Assembly (NCBI GenBank): GCA_040222015.1
Contig: JAVJWO010000179.1
Location: 26,751 to 90,750, forward strand
Reading direction: 5' to 3'
Length of the DNA: 64,000 nt
DNA from: Coleofasciculus chthonoplastes F2-STO-03
Lineage (GTDB): Bacteria > Cyanobacteriota > Cyanobacteriia > Cyanobacteriales > Coleofasciculaceae
In this document: positions 41,853-52,826 of the stretch, in pieces
How positions within the stretch are numbered: position 1 is the first letter of the stretch
Layout of the letters: every line of letters begins with the position of its first letter
The notes under the pieces: generated by a model
Seen by the model: only the letters and a program-made list of their open reading frames with translations
The model's database searches: none
Told to the model about the DNA's origin: nothing
Position numbers and translations under genes: made by a program

Positions 41853-43745
41853 ATGTTGAGGACTTTTCTCAAAAATTTATCCAACCAGAAAAAACTTCAG
41901 AATCAAATCTTATTGCTGCTGTTTTTAAGCAGTCTTATTCCCGTCTCAATCGTCGGACTTTATGGGATATTTTCGTCCTCGACTGCCTTATCTGAATTAT
42001 CGGAAACTAAACTTGAAGACCGAGTTATTGATGATGCCGAAAATATTGGTGCTGTCTTAGATGGGATTAATGAGGACGTTTTATTTTTGAGTAAAATCCC
42101 CGAAATTAAAGGGCTGATTCAAGCGACAGCAGATGGTGGAACGGATACAGAAAGTAACCAATCCTCTGAGGCTTGGACAGACCAAGCTGAAACCATTTTT
42201 ACCAGTTTAATGCAGGCGAAAGCTGAATATATGCAGCTTCGGTTTATTGATGAAAATGGTCAGGAAGTGGTCAGGGTTGATTCCGATGGAACGACAACGA
42301 CAGTTATCCCGAAATCAGAGTTACAAAATAAAGGCGATCGCGGTTATTTTACGGAAACGATGAAACTGGAGCCAGGTGAGGTTTATGTCTCGCCGGTTAA
42401 CTTAAATCAAGAACAAGGAAAAATTGAAACCCCGTTTAAACCAGTAATTCGCTACGCCACACCCGTAGCTGATGCAGCCGGGAATAAACAGGGGATCGTG
42501 ATTGCCAATGTTTTTGCCACAAAGTTCCTGCAATATATCGAAGAGGCTAAATTAAGTCAGGGAGAAACCGCCTTATTAGTTAATTCAGATGGCTACTATC
42601 TCTCCCATCCCGATGATGAGAAAGAATGGGGATTTGATATAGGTACAGATGAAACCTTGGCGAAGGATTATTCTGACCAAATTGTGGAGCAAGTTCTCCA
42701 AGGAAACCAGGGATTAATCGGTGCAGGGAGCAATGAGCTAATCAGCTACGCCACCGTTGATCCAGCGCCGAATCAACCTGGCTTTTTAGTGGCTATCCGT
42801 ACCGTTCCCAAAAGCACAATTTTTGCGTCTGTGACGGCGTTTAAAGTGGTAGCGACGCTGATTATTTTAATCTCCCTCGCCGCTGTGTTACCCGTGGGCG
42901 TTTTCCGAACTCGTCAACTGGCAGATTTAGTTAAACAAATTGTGACTCGTATCTCCACCGCTAGCCAAGAAATCTTTTCTACCTTAGAAGAACAAGAACG
43001 GGTGGCGAGTCAGCAAGCGGCTTCAGTGAATGAAACCACTACCACCATGGATGAGTTAGAAGCCTCCTCCCGACAATCTGCCGAACAAGCCAAGGCTGCT
43101 GTCGCCGCCGCCCAGAAAGCACTGGATCTGACGAAAGGGGGAACCCAAGCGGTAGGTGAAACCCTGGAAGGGATGTACACTCTGGAAAATAAAGTTGGCG
43201 CGATCGCACAACAGATTGTTCGTCTTTCTGAACAGGCAAATCAAATTGGTAGTATTTCCCAGTTGGTGTCTGAATTAGCCAACAAAACCAATATGTTAGC
43301 CCTCAATTCCTCCGTAGAAGCGGTGCGTGCGGGAGAACATGGGAAAGGCTTCTCAGTAGTTGCCAATGAAATTCGCAAATTAGCCGATCAAAGTCAACAA
43401 TCGGCTGACAAAATTGGCATACTGGTGTCCGAAATTCAAAGCGCGATTAACTCAACGGTAATGGTGACAGATGAAGGAACCAAAACCGTGGCATCTGGTG
43501 TGCAAATTGCCCAAAAAACGAATGAAGCGTTCACCGGTGTAGCCGATGCGGTGGACAAAGTGGTGTTAAATAACCAACAAATCTCCCTGAACTTAAAACA
43601 GCAAGTCGATGCAATTCAACAAGTCGTCGAGGCGATGGAAACCATTAATAAGGGGGCAAAAGAAACCGCCACAGGGATTAATCAAACCAAGATCGGGACT
43701 CAGCAACTGAATGAAACCTCTCTGGAATTGCAAGAGATGGTTTAA
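41853..43745 (+). CDS. Methyl-accepting chemotaxis protein with Cache-like periplasmic domain
   Basis: Two TM segments; signalling tip KTNMLALNSSVEAVRAGEHGKGFSVVANEIRKLA. Confidence 0.93.
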   Translation: MLRTFLKNLSNQKKLQNQILLLLFLSSLIPVSIVGLYGIFSSSTALSELSETKLEDRVIDDAENIGAVLDGINEDVLFLSKIPEIKGLIQATADGGTDTESNQSSEAWTDQAETIFTSLMQAKAEYMQLRFIDENGQEVVRVDSDGTTTTVIPKSELQNKGDRGYFTETMKLEPGEVYVSPVNLNQEQGKIETPFKPVIRYATPVADAAGNKQGIVIANVFATKFLQYIEEAKLSQGETALLVNSDGYYLSHPDDEKEWGFDIGTDETLAKDYSDQIVEQVLQGNQGLIGAGSNELISYATVDPAPNQPGFLVAIRTVPKSTIFASVTAFKVVATLIILISLAAVLPVGVFRTRQLADLVKQIVTRISTASQEIFSTLEEQERVASQQAASVNETTTTMDELEASSRQSAEQAKAAVAAAQKALDLTKGGTQAVGETLEGMYTLENKVGAIAQQIVRLSEQANQIGSISQLVSELANKTNMLALNSSVEAVRAGEHGKGFSVVANEIRKLADQSQQSADKIGILVSEIQSAINSTVMVTDEGTKTVASGVQIAQKTNEAFTGVADAVDKVVLNNQQISLNLKQQVDAIQQVVEAMETINKGAKETATGINQTKIGTQQLNETSLELQEMV

Positions 43746-43966
43746 CTGAGCCGGGGTGATGTAGAGACGCGCCATGGCGCGTCTAGGGATCTTGTAGAGA
43801 CGTTCCGGTGGAACGTCTGGAAGCTAGAGCAAATTGTGTAGGGGCGGGTTTCACTACTATCTTTTCGGTTACACCCAGATGTAAATAAACCCGCCCCGAC
43901 TTGACAAATGACAAATGACAAATGACGAATGACGAATGACAAAGGACATAGAGCGAATGACTAATC

Positions 43967-46900
43967 ATGATCATAGAAGACGAAGAACTGCGAAATCTGT
44001 ATAAAACGGCGGGTGAAGAACGGCTAAAGAAACTCACTGTCGGTTTGCACCATCTACAAAAAAATCCAGAGAATGAAACAACCTTAGAACAGTTGCTGCG
44101 AGATGTTCACAGCTTAAAAGGAGACTCCAAAAGTTTAGGCGTTAAGGCTGTAGAAACCCTTGCCGATCGCATAGAATGGACTCTGGGACGGATTAAACGC
44201 CAAAAGCTGGTTTTTTCGCCGTCGGTGAGTCAATGTCTTGATCATGGATTAGATGCAATTCGTCTTTTAATTGCTGAAGCAATAACAGGTAAACCAAGCG
44301 ACGTCAATTTAGCTGAAATACTGGATCATTTTCAACAACTCGCTAGTGAACCCGCAGCGAACGCCGCAGGTAGAGAGATTCCACCAGAACCTCTAGAGAG
44401 AGAGGATATGAGCGCTGAATCATCTGAATTAGCCGAAAGCTATATCGACGATGATGAACTCCGAGAAGTTTATCAACTGGCTAGTCATGAACGGTTACAA
44501 AGCCTAGACGCTGGGTTGCGTCATTTGACAGAACATCCAGACGATGAAGCTATCTGGGAACAGTTGCGCCGAGAAGCCCATAGTATTAAGGGCGATTCTC
44601 GTAGCGTTGGGGTGGAAACCGTGGAAATTCTGGCTCATCCCCTAGAAGAAATTATCGAGAACCTTAAATCCCAACCCACAGCGTTTACCCCAGATGTTAA
44701 CCAAACCTTACATCAAGGATTGGAGGCGATTGGTCAATTAGTCCAAGAAGCGATAACCGGTCAACCTAGTGCGGTGGATATCACTCAGGTGCTGGAACAA
44801 TTTATGCTAGTGCTGGAAAATTGCCAACAATCGGCTGTGGCGTCTCCAATTCAAGCGGAACCCGGGCTTGTCGGGGCTAGTTTTACCAATACCCTTGAGC
44901 CGACAACCGATAACGGAACCAAACCCACCCCGCCTCAACCGTCTCCCCCATCCCAACTCGCCGAAAGCTATATCGATGATGATGAATTACGAGAGGTGTA
45001 TCAACTCACCAGTGGTGAACGATTGCACAGCCTGGAAACGGGGTTAAATGATTTAGCCCAAAATCCAGACAACGACGCAATCTGGGAAGAGTTACGCCGA
45101 GAAGTTCATAGTCTTAAAGGCGATTCTCGCAGCGTTGGCGTGGAAACCGTGGAAATTTTGGCTCATCCCCTAGAAGAAATTATCGAGAACCTTAAATCCC
45201 AACCCACAGCGTTTACCCCAGATGTTAGCCAAACCTTACATCAAGGAGTAGAGGCGATTAGCAAATTAGTCCAAGAAGCGATAACCGGTCAACCTAGTGC
45301 GGTGGATATCACTGAGGTACTAGAACAATTTATGCTAGTGCTGGAAGATTGCCAACAATCGGCTGTGGCGTCTCCAATTCAAGCGGAACCAGGGCTTGTC
45401 TGGGCGGGTTTTACCGATACCCTTGAGCCGACAACCGATAACGGAACCAAACCCACCTCGCCTCAACCGTCTCCCCCACCCCAACTTACCGAAAGTTATA
45501 TCGACGATGATGAATTGCGAGAGGTGTATCAACTCGCCAGTAGCGAACGGTTGCAGATTTTAGAAGCCGGGTTACTGCATTTAGAAAAATATCCCGATGA
45601 TCAAGCGACTTTAGATCAATTATTGCGGGAAGCCCATAGTCTCAAAGGCGATTCTCGTAGCGTTGGTGTCGAATCGGTGGAAACCCTCGTCCATCATATT
45701 GAAGAAATTCTCGATCGCATCAAACATCGACAACTCGGTTTTACGGTCAAAGTCAGTGAAAGCCTCTATGATGCATTAGAAGCCATCCGTCTCTTAGTCG
45801 ATGAAGCGGTAACGGGTCAACTCCAGGGTGTGGATACAGGGCAAGTGCTGAAGAAATTAATCGACGCCATTGAAGCATCAGCCCAATCTCCTCCGGTGAT
45901 ACCTGTATCCAAATCGGCGACACCCTTATCCTCTAATCCCGTCTCTCGTCCGGATTCGGTAACGATTGTGGGGTTACCTGATGTCCAATCTTCACCCTCG
46001 CCACCTCCTCTCAGCGCCACGTTTATTGACGATGAGGAAATGCGGGATGTTTATAAACTTGCCAGCCTTGAACGGTTACAGAAGCTAGAAGCGGGATTAC
46101 TGCAATTAGAAAAGCAGCCGGATGACTCAGCCACATTAGACGAATTATTGCGAGAAGCCCATAGTTTAAAAGGAGACTCTAGAAGCGTCGGCGTTGAACC
46201 CGTGGAAATGTTAATCCACCACATTGAAGAGATTTTGGGTGGGATTAAACTCCAGCCAACTATTTTAACCCCAGAAATTAGCGATCGCTTGTATCGAGGA
46301 TTGGATGCGATAGGTAAAGTCGTACAGGAAGCGGTGACGGGTCAATATCAGGGTGTGAATACTGTGGAGGTTCTCAACCAGTTACTCGAGGTTTCTCTTC
46401 CTAACTTACCGAATGCGGTACCGACTCCCGCCCCACCTCCAGCACCCAAAACCCCAACCCTAAGTGACACCTACCGGATTGATACGATTCGGGTTCCTAC
46501 TCGTGATTTAGATGCGTTAATGGTGCAAGCGGAAGAATTAAATGTGACGAAACTTCGCATCGCTTACGCCGCGTCAGAAATTGAGGAAATGGTGACACTT
46601 TGGCAAGACTGGAAAGCCTTTTATCGTCAATCCGGTGAGGCGACAGCTACGGAAGTTAACCCATTTCAAGAACGCTTAGATCAAAAGATTAACGCCTTAC
46701 GCACCGCCACTCAGGAAAATACCTCCAACCTGGATTTAATTGCAGAGGATTTACGGGAGAGAATTCAAACCCTACGCCAGTTACCTTTGTCTACTATCTT
46801 CCAGTTATTTCCCCGTATGGTGCGGGATTTAGCCCGCAAACAGTCGAAACAGGTAGAGTTAATCATTGAAGGGGGAGATACGACGGCGGATAAAACTATT

Positions 46901-48187
46901 CTGGAAGATATTAAAGATTCTTTAACCCATCTGATTCGTAACGCGATCGATCATGGGATTGAGACACCCGAAGAACGGCAGAAATTAGGCAAACCCCCAG
47001 GGGCAAAAATTTGGCTGCGGGGTAATTTAATTGGGAATACGATTATCATTGAAGTCACCGATGATGGGCGGGGGCTGGATATTGAACAAATTAAGCAGAC
47101 GGCAATTAAACGGAAGCTTTACCAACCCGATGAGTTGGAGAGGATGAATCCCAGCCAAATTTATGACCTAATTTTTGCCCCCGGATTCTCCACCCGCAGC
47201 TTTATTACCGAAATTTCCGGTCGAGGGATTGGCTTAGATGTAGTCCGGACAAACATTGAACGACTCAAAGGCGCGATCGCGATCGAATCAACTCCCAATC
47301 AAGGTAGTACATTCCGCATCCAACTTCGCACCACCTTAGCCACGGTTAATGCCTTATTTGTCGAGGTTCAGGGAATTGTCCAAGCCCTCCCGATTGAATT
47401 CGTCCAAACCAGTTTACTCCTTTCCCCCGATGAAATAGAAACCATTGATGGGCGGGAGACGTTAAACTGGCAAGGTCAAAGGGTTCCCGTCGCCAATCTT
47501 GCCGATGTCTTGGAACTCTCGAACTCCCCCGCCTACGCCCTTATCGCCAAAAAAGAAATACCGCTATCTGACTTGCGATCGTGTATTTTACTCAAGGTTG
47601 GTGATGAAGTTTCGGGATTTTTAGTCGATCGACTTTTGGATACCCAAGAAATCCCCCTCAAACCTCAAAGTTCGTTATTAAAGCGGGTCAAAAATATTTT
47701 GGGTGCAACAATTCTTCCCACTGGGGACGTTTGTATGATTCTCAATCCGGCTGATTTAGTTAAGTCCGGACAAAAGCAAACTACCGCAACTGTTTCTGTT
47801 AAAGCCAATACAGTTATACAAACGAAACCCACGATTCTCTTAGTCGAAGATTCTCTCCCAGTTCGGACTCAAGAACGACGACTTTTAGAAGGGGCGGGAT
47901 ATGAAGTGGTGATTGCGGTTGATGGATTAGATGGCTATACCAAACTTAAAAGCCGTCATTTTGATGCCGTAGTTTCTGATGTGGAAATGCCTCATTTAGA
48001 CGGGTTATCTTTAACCGCAACGATTCGCCAGCATTCTGAATATCAAGACTTACCAATTATTTTGGTCACCACCTTGGATTCAGAAGCCGATCAACAAAGG
48101 GGTGCAGAAGCCGGAGCGGACGCTTACATTATCAAAGGTAAGTTTAACCAAGCGTTCCTTTTAGAAACCATCAGCCGATTGGTCTAA
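43967..48187 (+). CDS. cheA: CheA-like hybrid kinase with five Hpt domains, CheW domain and C-terminal REC
   Basis: Five H-S-[LI]-K-G-D-S motifs; HLIRNAIDHGIE; SGRGIGLDVV; SDVEMP. Confidence 0.92.
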   Translation: MIIEDEELRNLYKTAGEERLKKLTVGLHHLQKNPENETTLEQLLRDVHSLKGDSKSLGVKAVETLADRIEWTLGRIKRQKLVFSPSVSQCLDHGLDAIRLLIAEAITGKPSDVNLAEILDHFQQLASEPAANAAGREIPPEPLEREDMSAESSELAESYIDDDELREVYQLASHERLQSLDAGLRHLTEHPDDEAIWEQLRREAHSIKGDSRSVGVETVEILAHPLEEIIENLKSQPTAFTPDVNQTLHQGLEAIGQLVQEAITGQPSAVDITQVLEQFMLVLENCQQSAVASPIQAEPGLVGASFTNTLEPTTDNGTKPTPPQPSPPSQLAESYIDDDELREVYQLTSGERLHSLETGLNDLAQNPDNDAIWEELRREVHSLKGDSRSVGVETVEILAHPLEEIIENLKSQPTAFTPDVSQTLHQGVEAISKLVQEAITGQPSAVDITEVLEQFMLVLEDCQQSAVASPIQAEPGLVWAGFTDTLEPTTDNGTKPTSPQPSPPPQLTESYIDDDELREVYQLASSERLQILEAGLLHLEKYPDDQATLDQLLREAHSLKGDSRSVGVESVETLVHHIEEILDRIKHRQLGFTVKVSESLYDALEAIRLLVDEAVTGQLQGVDTGQVLKKLIDAIEASAQSPPVIPVSKSATPLSSNPVSRPDSVTIVGLPDVQSSPSPPPLSATFIDDEEMRDVYKLASLERLQKLEAGLLQLEKQPDDSATLDELLREAHSLKGDSRSVGVEPVEMLIHHIEEILGGIKLQPTILTPEISDRLYRGLDAIGKVVQEAVTGQYQGVNTVEVLNQLLEVSLPNLPNAVPTPAPPPAPKTPTLSDTYRIDTIRVPTRDLDALMVQAEELNVTKLRIAYAASEIEEMVTLWQDWKAFYRQSGEATATEVNPFQERLDQKINALRTATQENTSNLDLIAEDLRERIQTLRQLPLSTIFQLFPRMVRDLARKQSKQVELIIEGGDTTADKTILEDIKDSLTHLIRNAIDHGIETPEERQKLGKPPGAKIWLRGNLIGNTIIIEVTDDGRGLDIEQIKQTAIKRKLYQPDELERMNPSQIYDLIFAPGFSTRSFITEISGRGIGLDVVRTNIERLKGAIAIESTPNQGSTFRIQLRTTLATVNALFVEVQGIVQALPIEFVQTSLLLSPDEIETIDGRETLNWQGQRVPVANLADVLELSNSPAYALIAKKEIPLSDLRSCILLKVGDEVSGFLVDRLLDTQEIPLKPQSSLLKRVKNILGATILPTGDVCMILNPADLVKSGQKQTTATVSVKANTVIQTKPTILLVEDSLPVRTQERRLLEGAGYEVVIAVDGLDGYTKLKSRHFDAVVSDVEMPHLDGLSLTATIRQHSEYQDLPIILVTTLDSEADQQRGAEAGADAYIIKGKFNQAFLLETISRLV

Positions 48188-48380
48188 TTGAGTTAAGTTT
48201 CGTTCGTTCGTTCGTTCGTTCGTAGTCGGCACTTTAGTGCCATCAGCGCTGAAGCGCTTACTACAAACCCTGAGACCATTTCTTTCGTTCGTTCGTAAGT
48301 AAGTAGTCGGCACTAAAGTGCCACAAGCGCTAAAGCGCTTACTACAAACGCTTAGACTATAAACGACCAACAAGTAATCA

Positions 48381-49448
48381 ATGACGATTAAAGTTTTATT
48401 AGTTGAAGACTCCAAAATTTCCCTAGTCATTCTCAGACGAATTATCAATGAATTCCCTCAACTTGAGGTCGTCGGAGAAGCGTCAAATGGGTTAGAAGCA
48501 TTGGCGCTAATACCTCAAGTTAAACCCGATGTAATTTGTACCGACTTACACATGCCACAGATGGATGGGTTAGAATTAACCACTGAAGTCATGAGTCATC
48601 ATCCCCTACCCATTTTGGTCTTGAGTGTATCAGTACAACAGGAAGATACCCATCATATCTTTGATGTCCTCGAAGCTGGCGCCGTCGAAATTTGTCCCAA
48701 GCCTCTAGCTGGTTTAACCACAGAAAACCAAGAATTTAGACGGGAATTAGTTAATAAAATTAGTATCATTTCTGGGGTTAAAGTTTTCAAACGAAAACGC
48801 AGATATTCGCTGCCACGCCAAGCCGTTAATCTGAACAATCTGACCACGGCTCCCACCAAATCATACCCGAAGCCTAAAATAATTGCCATTGGCACATCAA
48901 CGGGCGGACCTCCAGCGTTGCAAGAAATTTTTTCGCAACTTCCCGCCAATTTTTCGGTTCCCATACTTTGTGTACAACACATTTGTAATGGATTTTTACA
49001 GGGCTTAATCGATTGGTTATCTCAAACCTGTAAATTGCCGATTCAAATTGCCAAATCGGGAAATAGACCGCAACCCGGAATCATCTATTTTCCTCCCGAA
49101 CAACATCAGCTAAAATTAGATAATCAGGGTAATTTTGTTTGTTCAGATTCCATACCTTTAGACGGACATTGCCCGTCAGTAACGGTCACATTTGAGTCCG
49201 TAGCAAAAGTTTATGGCAAGAAAACAACCGCCATATTATTGACCGGAATGGGCAGAGACGGCGCACAAGGAATGCTGACAGTTACCCAAGCGGGGGGTTT
49301 AACCATTGCTCAGGATGAAGCCACATCAATCATCTTCGGAATGCCCAAGGAAGCCATTGAATTAGGAGGAGCTAGGGAAGTCTTACCTCTGAACGCGATC
49401 GCGCCAATGTTGCTGGAACTTTTACAAAAACAGTCGATTCTACAGTAA
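48381..49448 (+). CDS. cheB: Chemotaxis methylesterase/response regulator
   Basis: REC domain plus GTSTGGP, VQHI and LTGMGRDGA. Confidence 0.95.
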   Translation: MTIKVLLVEDSKISLVILRRIINEFPQLEVVGEASNGLEALALIPQVKPDVICTDLHMPQMDGLELTTEVMSHHPLPILVLSVSVQQEDTHHIFDVLEAGAVEICPKPLAGLTTENQEFRRELVNKISIISGVKVFKRKRRYSLPRQAVNLNNLTTAPTKSYPKPKIIAIGTSTGGPPALQEIFSQLPANFSVPILCVQHICNGFLQGLIDWLSQTCKLPIQIAKSGNRPQPGIIYFPPEQHQLKLDNQGNFVCSDSIPLDGHCPSVTVTFESVAKVYGKKTTAILLTGMGRDGAQGMLTVTQAGGLTIAQDEATSIIFGMPKEAIELGGAREVLPLNAIAPMLLELLQKQSILQ

Positions 49449-49466
49449 ACCGATTAGGTAATCAAT

Positions 49467-50579
49467 GTGTCAACACCCAAACAGTTAAGTCCTAAAATAA
49501 AACAAGGCTTTATTCGCTTAATTGCTCACCATACAGGTTTAGTTATTCGAGAGCGAGATCAAGCCGCTTTACAAGACAAAATTTTCGCCAGGATGAAGGC
49601 AATTAAACTAGCCTTTCCTGAAGATTATTATTTGCTGCTCAATTGTCAAACCAGTGAAGCCAAGCAAGAGTGGAAAAAATTGGTTGTTTTGCTCACTAAT
49701 CTGGAAAGTTACTTCTTTCGGGATAAAGAACAATGTAAATTGCTCAAAACAAAAATATTACCAGAACTGATCCAGCGCCATCAAGCTGATAAAACCTTAC
49801 GTCTTTGTAGTGCGGGATGTTCAACGGGAGAGGAACCCTATTCCCTGGCGATTATGCTGAATGAACTGATTCCTGATATTGATAGCTGGAATTTAGTTGT
49901 TTTTGGCATCGATATTAATCAAGAGGCGCTAGACAAAGCAAAACAAGGAATTTATCGGGCTTGGTCATTAAGAAGTATTGATCCCAAAATCAAACACAAC
50001 TATTTAAAGCCGATCAAGAATCACTACCACATTGATGACAAAATCAAATCATTAGTGAAATGGCAACAAATCAATTTAGTCAAAGATCCTTTCCCACAAG
50101 CTCACTTAGATTTACAAGAGTTTGATTTAATTATTTGTCGAAATGTCTTTATCTACTTTGAATCCTCCGCCATTGCCCAAGTTTTGGATAAGTTTTACCA
50201 CGCCCTCCAGCCCTTAGGCTATCTGATTACCGGGCATTCTGAACTGTATGGTCAAGTTTTAAAGCAGTTTCAAACCAATGTTTTCCCCGAATCCTTAGTT
50301 TATCAACGTCAAACCGAGAGTTTAGTCTATACACCTTTAGGCAATGTCCCTAGTCCGCTAACTTGGGATACTGAAGACGATTACACCTTAGCCTTTAATC
50401 CGGAAACCATCGAAAATGACCTAGAAAAAAATACAATCAAAATGCAGCATGTGGCATTAAATCTACTCAAACAGTTACCGCCTGATGCTCACCTAAAAAA
50501 ATTAGGGAATTTGACAGCATCTGAACTGATAAAACAACTACAATCGTCCTTAAACATTATCGATACAGACTCCCCATGA
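49467..50579 (+). CDS. cheR: Chemotaxis methyltransferase
   Basis: ESYFFRD, SAGCSTGEEPYS and CRNVFIYF. Confidence 0.95.
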   Translation: MSTPKQLSPKIKQGFIRLIAHHTGLVIRERDQAALQDKIFARMKAIKLAFPEDYYLLLNCQTSEAKQEWKKLVVLLTNLESYFFRDKEQCKLLKTKILPELIQRHQADKTLRLCSAGCSTGEEPYSLAIMLNELIPDIDSWNLVVFGIDINQEALDKAKQGIYRAWSLRSIDPKIKHNYLKPIKNHYHIDDKIKSLVKWQQINLVKDPFPQAHLDLQEFDLIICRNVFIYFESSAIAQVLDKFYHALQPLGYLITGHSELYGQVLKQFQTNVFPESLVYQRQTESLVYTPLGNVPSPLTWDTEDDYTLAFNPETIENDLEKNTIKMQHVALNLLKQLPPDAHLKKLGNLTASELIKQLQSSLNIIDTDSP

Positions 50580-51634
50580 CAGACACCTCCTATTTTAGCT
50601 TTGGTTTAAATAATCGGCTGTATGGTATCGGTACAGCTTACGTGGAGGAAGTGTTTCCTCTCCCAGAATTAATTGCCATTCCCGAAGCGCCGCGTGAAAT
50701 GATTGGCGTGGTCAATTTGCGGGGAGAAATGATACCCGTTATCGATTTTAATCAGAGTCTTGGCTTACAATCATCGAACTATCGTTTAACCGACAGTATT
50801 ATCGTTATAAGACGAGAAAAAACCAAAGTTGGGATGATTGTGAATCAGGTTTGTGAAGTCCTGACGATAGCCCCAGATGAAATTACTACTGAACTTGAGC
50901 CGAATCAAACCGTTAGCGAAAATGGCGTCATTGGTGGACTCACCCGCCATGCAGGTGATATCCTTATTTTAAGTGATCCAGAGAATTGGTTAAGCTCAAT
51001 AGATAGCCACACCGTTAAATTAGTGGAGAACTATCTCAACCAAGAACTTAACCGAAATCAATCGAGTGGAGAATTACTTACCAAACAAGCCGTATTTGTT
51101 CCAAATGCGACACCCGAAGAACGAGAGGTTTTCCGAGAACGAGCGAATAGTCTCAAGCTTCCCTTCGAGAGTCAAGATTTAACCAGTGTCAAACCGTTAA
51201 CGATTATTGTCTTAAATGATCAGTTATTCGGGATTGATTTAGGAATCGTGCGGGAGTTTACCGATATCCAACAGGTGACACCGATTCCCTGTTGTCCCCC
51301 TCATATTGTGGGAAACATGAATCTGCGTGGGGAAATTGTCACCTTAGTGGATATTCGCCCGGTGTTGAAATTGCCCTTAACCACGATAACCCGAAGTTCC
51401 AAAGCGCTGATTGTGCAGGTTGAGGAGATTTTGGCGGGTGTGATTGTTGAAGACGTGCGTGAATCGATGTTCCTGCTGAATCGGCTCCAGATCATCGCCG
51501 TGACTCCTGAAATGATTAGCATAAATCCTGACTATTTGCAAGGAAAAGCAGTCTATGGGGAAAAAATGATCAGCATTCTGGATGTACCGAAAATTTTCTT
51601 AACTGGTGGCTTAATTGTAGAACAAGTGGTTTGA
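50576..51634 (+). CDS. cheW: Tandem CheW-domain coupling protein
   Basis: Two CheW motifs: GVVNLRGEMIPVID and GNMNLRGEIVTLVD. Confidence 0.92.
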   Translation: MTDTSYFSFGLNNRLYGIGTAYVEEVFPLPELIAIPEAPREMIGVVNLRGEMIPVIDFNQSLGLQSSNYRLTDSIIVIRREKTKVGMIVNQVCEVLTIAPDEITTELEPNQTVSENGVIGGLTRHAGDILILSDPENWLSSIDSHTVKLVENYLNQELNRNQSSGELLTKQAVFVPNATPEEREVFRERANSLKLPFESQDLTSVKPLTIIVLNDQLFGIDLGIVREFTDIQQVTPIPCCPPHIVGNMNLRGEIVTLVDIRPVLKLPLTTITRSSKALIVQVEEILAGVIVEDVRESMFLLNRLQIIAVTPEMISINPDYLQGKAVYGEKMISILDVPKIFLTGGLIVEQVV

Positions 51635-51637
51635 TGG

Positions 51638-51770
51638 TCTTATGTCTTATGTCTTATGTCTTATGTCTTATGTCTTATGTCTTATGTCTTATGTCTTATG
51701 TCTTATGTCTTATGTCTTATGTCTTATGTCTTATGTCTTATGTCTTATGTCTTATGTCATTCGTCTTATG
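51638..51770. repeat. (GTCTTAT)n heptamer tandem array, about 17-18 units
   Basis: Directly visible. Confidence 0.95.
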
Positions 51771-51875
51771 TAAAGTCGGGGCTGGTGTAGGGTGCGTTAG
51801 CGAAGCGTAACGCACCATTTCAAACGATAATAGTAAAACCCGCCCCGACACAATCTCCCCCATCTCCCTCAATTC

Positions 51876-52826
51876 TCAAGACGAACACAGCAGGTTGATC
51901 AGAGATTGGGGGATCTCTTCAAAATGCTCTAACAAAAAATCCATGATTGCCAGATGGCGCAAATCAACGGGTTTAGGCGGGTAATATCCTTGACCTCGGT
52001 TGAACCAATTCTGTACAGTCCCCAGGGAACGGGAACAGATATGAGACAATTGCTCATACGTGACATCCCATTTGCCATAAAACTGCTTTGGCGTCATCCC
52101 TAATTCACAGTAACAATACAGGTCAATAATGTATTTTTCCCGCTGGTTAATGGGGCGGAGATTGTGTCGCCGTCGGGGATGATAGCGTTCAGTTGGACAT
52201 TGCACAGATAGGGGCGGTATCCCCCGGCGAGAATGGGTGGGATAACGGTAGGAGTTGCCATTCTCTTGATTGGGTTCAACAGTATCAGGTATTTTTTCTA
52301 AATCCGCTTCAGCCGCCGTATCCGTGGTTACCCAACCTGCACTGGGAGAATCAGAGGCGAGTTGGATGATGTAATAAACCATCCATTGATGGTGACTGTA
52401 GTCATAGAAACGCCCCAGAATTACGCCCCAGTCAGGATTAGCGGTTTTCCACTGAACGCGATCGCCTTCTTTATAGCTAGGGGTGGGGAATGGCAAATGG
52501 CGGCTACAGAAATTCTCCCCCAGCTTCCCCTGCTCCCCCAGCTTCCCCTGCTCCCTTATCTCCTCCATCTCCTCACCATGACGCAAGGTATTTAAAGTAC
52601 CAGCGATGAGTTTACCGTTGAGGCTTTGAATCAATTCTTGGATAAATAGCTGTGCGATCGCATGGACTTCTGCATCGGTTAGGTGCATTTGCAATGCATC
52701 GAAGTCAATGTCGCGGTAATGCTTGAGTCGAGAGAGGAGTTGGTTAATGCCAAATTCCGCTAACGCTTGCTGGGCAGTTGTTTCGGGCGTATGGGAATTG
52801 TCGAATTGAGGGGGTAACGGTTTCAT
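51876..52826 (-). CDS. Hypothetical multi-domain protein with C-terminal HTH
   Basis: HTH-like C-terminus MTPKQFYGKWDVTYEQLSHICSRSLGTVQNWF; central beta-rich GDRVQW...DWGVILGRFY segment; in-frame nonamer repeat (EQGKLG)2. Confidence 0.65.
   Translation of the reverse strand: MKPLPPQFDNSHTPETTAQQALAEFGINQLLSRLKHYRDIDFDALQMHLTDAEVHAIAQLFIQELIQSLNGKLIAGTLNTLRHGEEMEEIREQGKLGEQGKLGENFCSRHLPFPTPSYKEGDRVQWKTANPDWGVILGRFYDYSHHQWMVYYIIQLASDSPSAGWVTTDTAAEADLEKIPDTVEPNQENGNSYRYPTHSRRGIPPLSVQCPTERYHPRRRHNLRPINQREKYIIDLYCYCELGMTPKQFYGKWDVTYEQLSHICSRSLGTVQNWFNRGQGYYPPKPVDLRHLAIMDFLLEHFEEIPQSLINLLCSS

Noticed and set aside
51638..51770. Possible CRISPR array
   Set aside because: Pure heptamer tandem repeat with no unique spacers and no cas genes; the same applies to the other STRRs.
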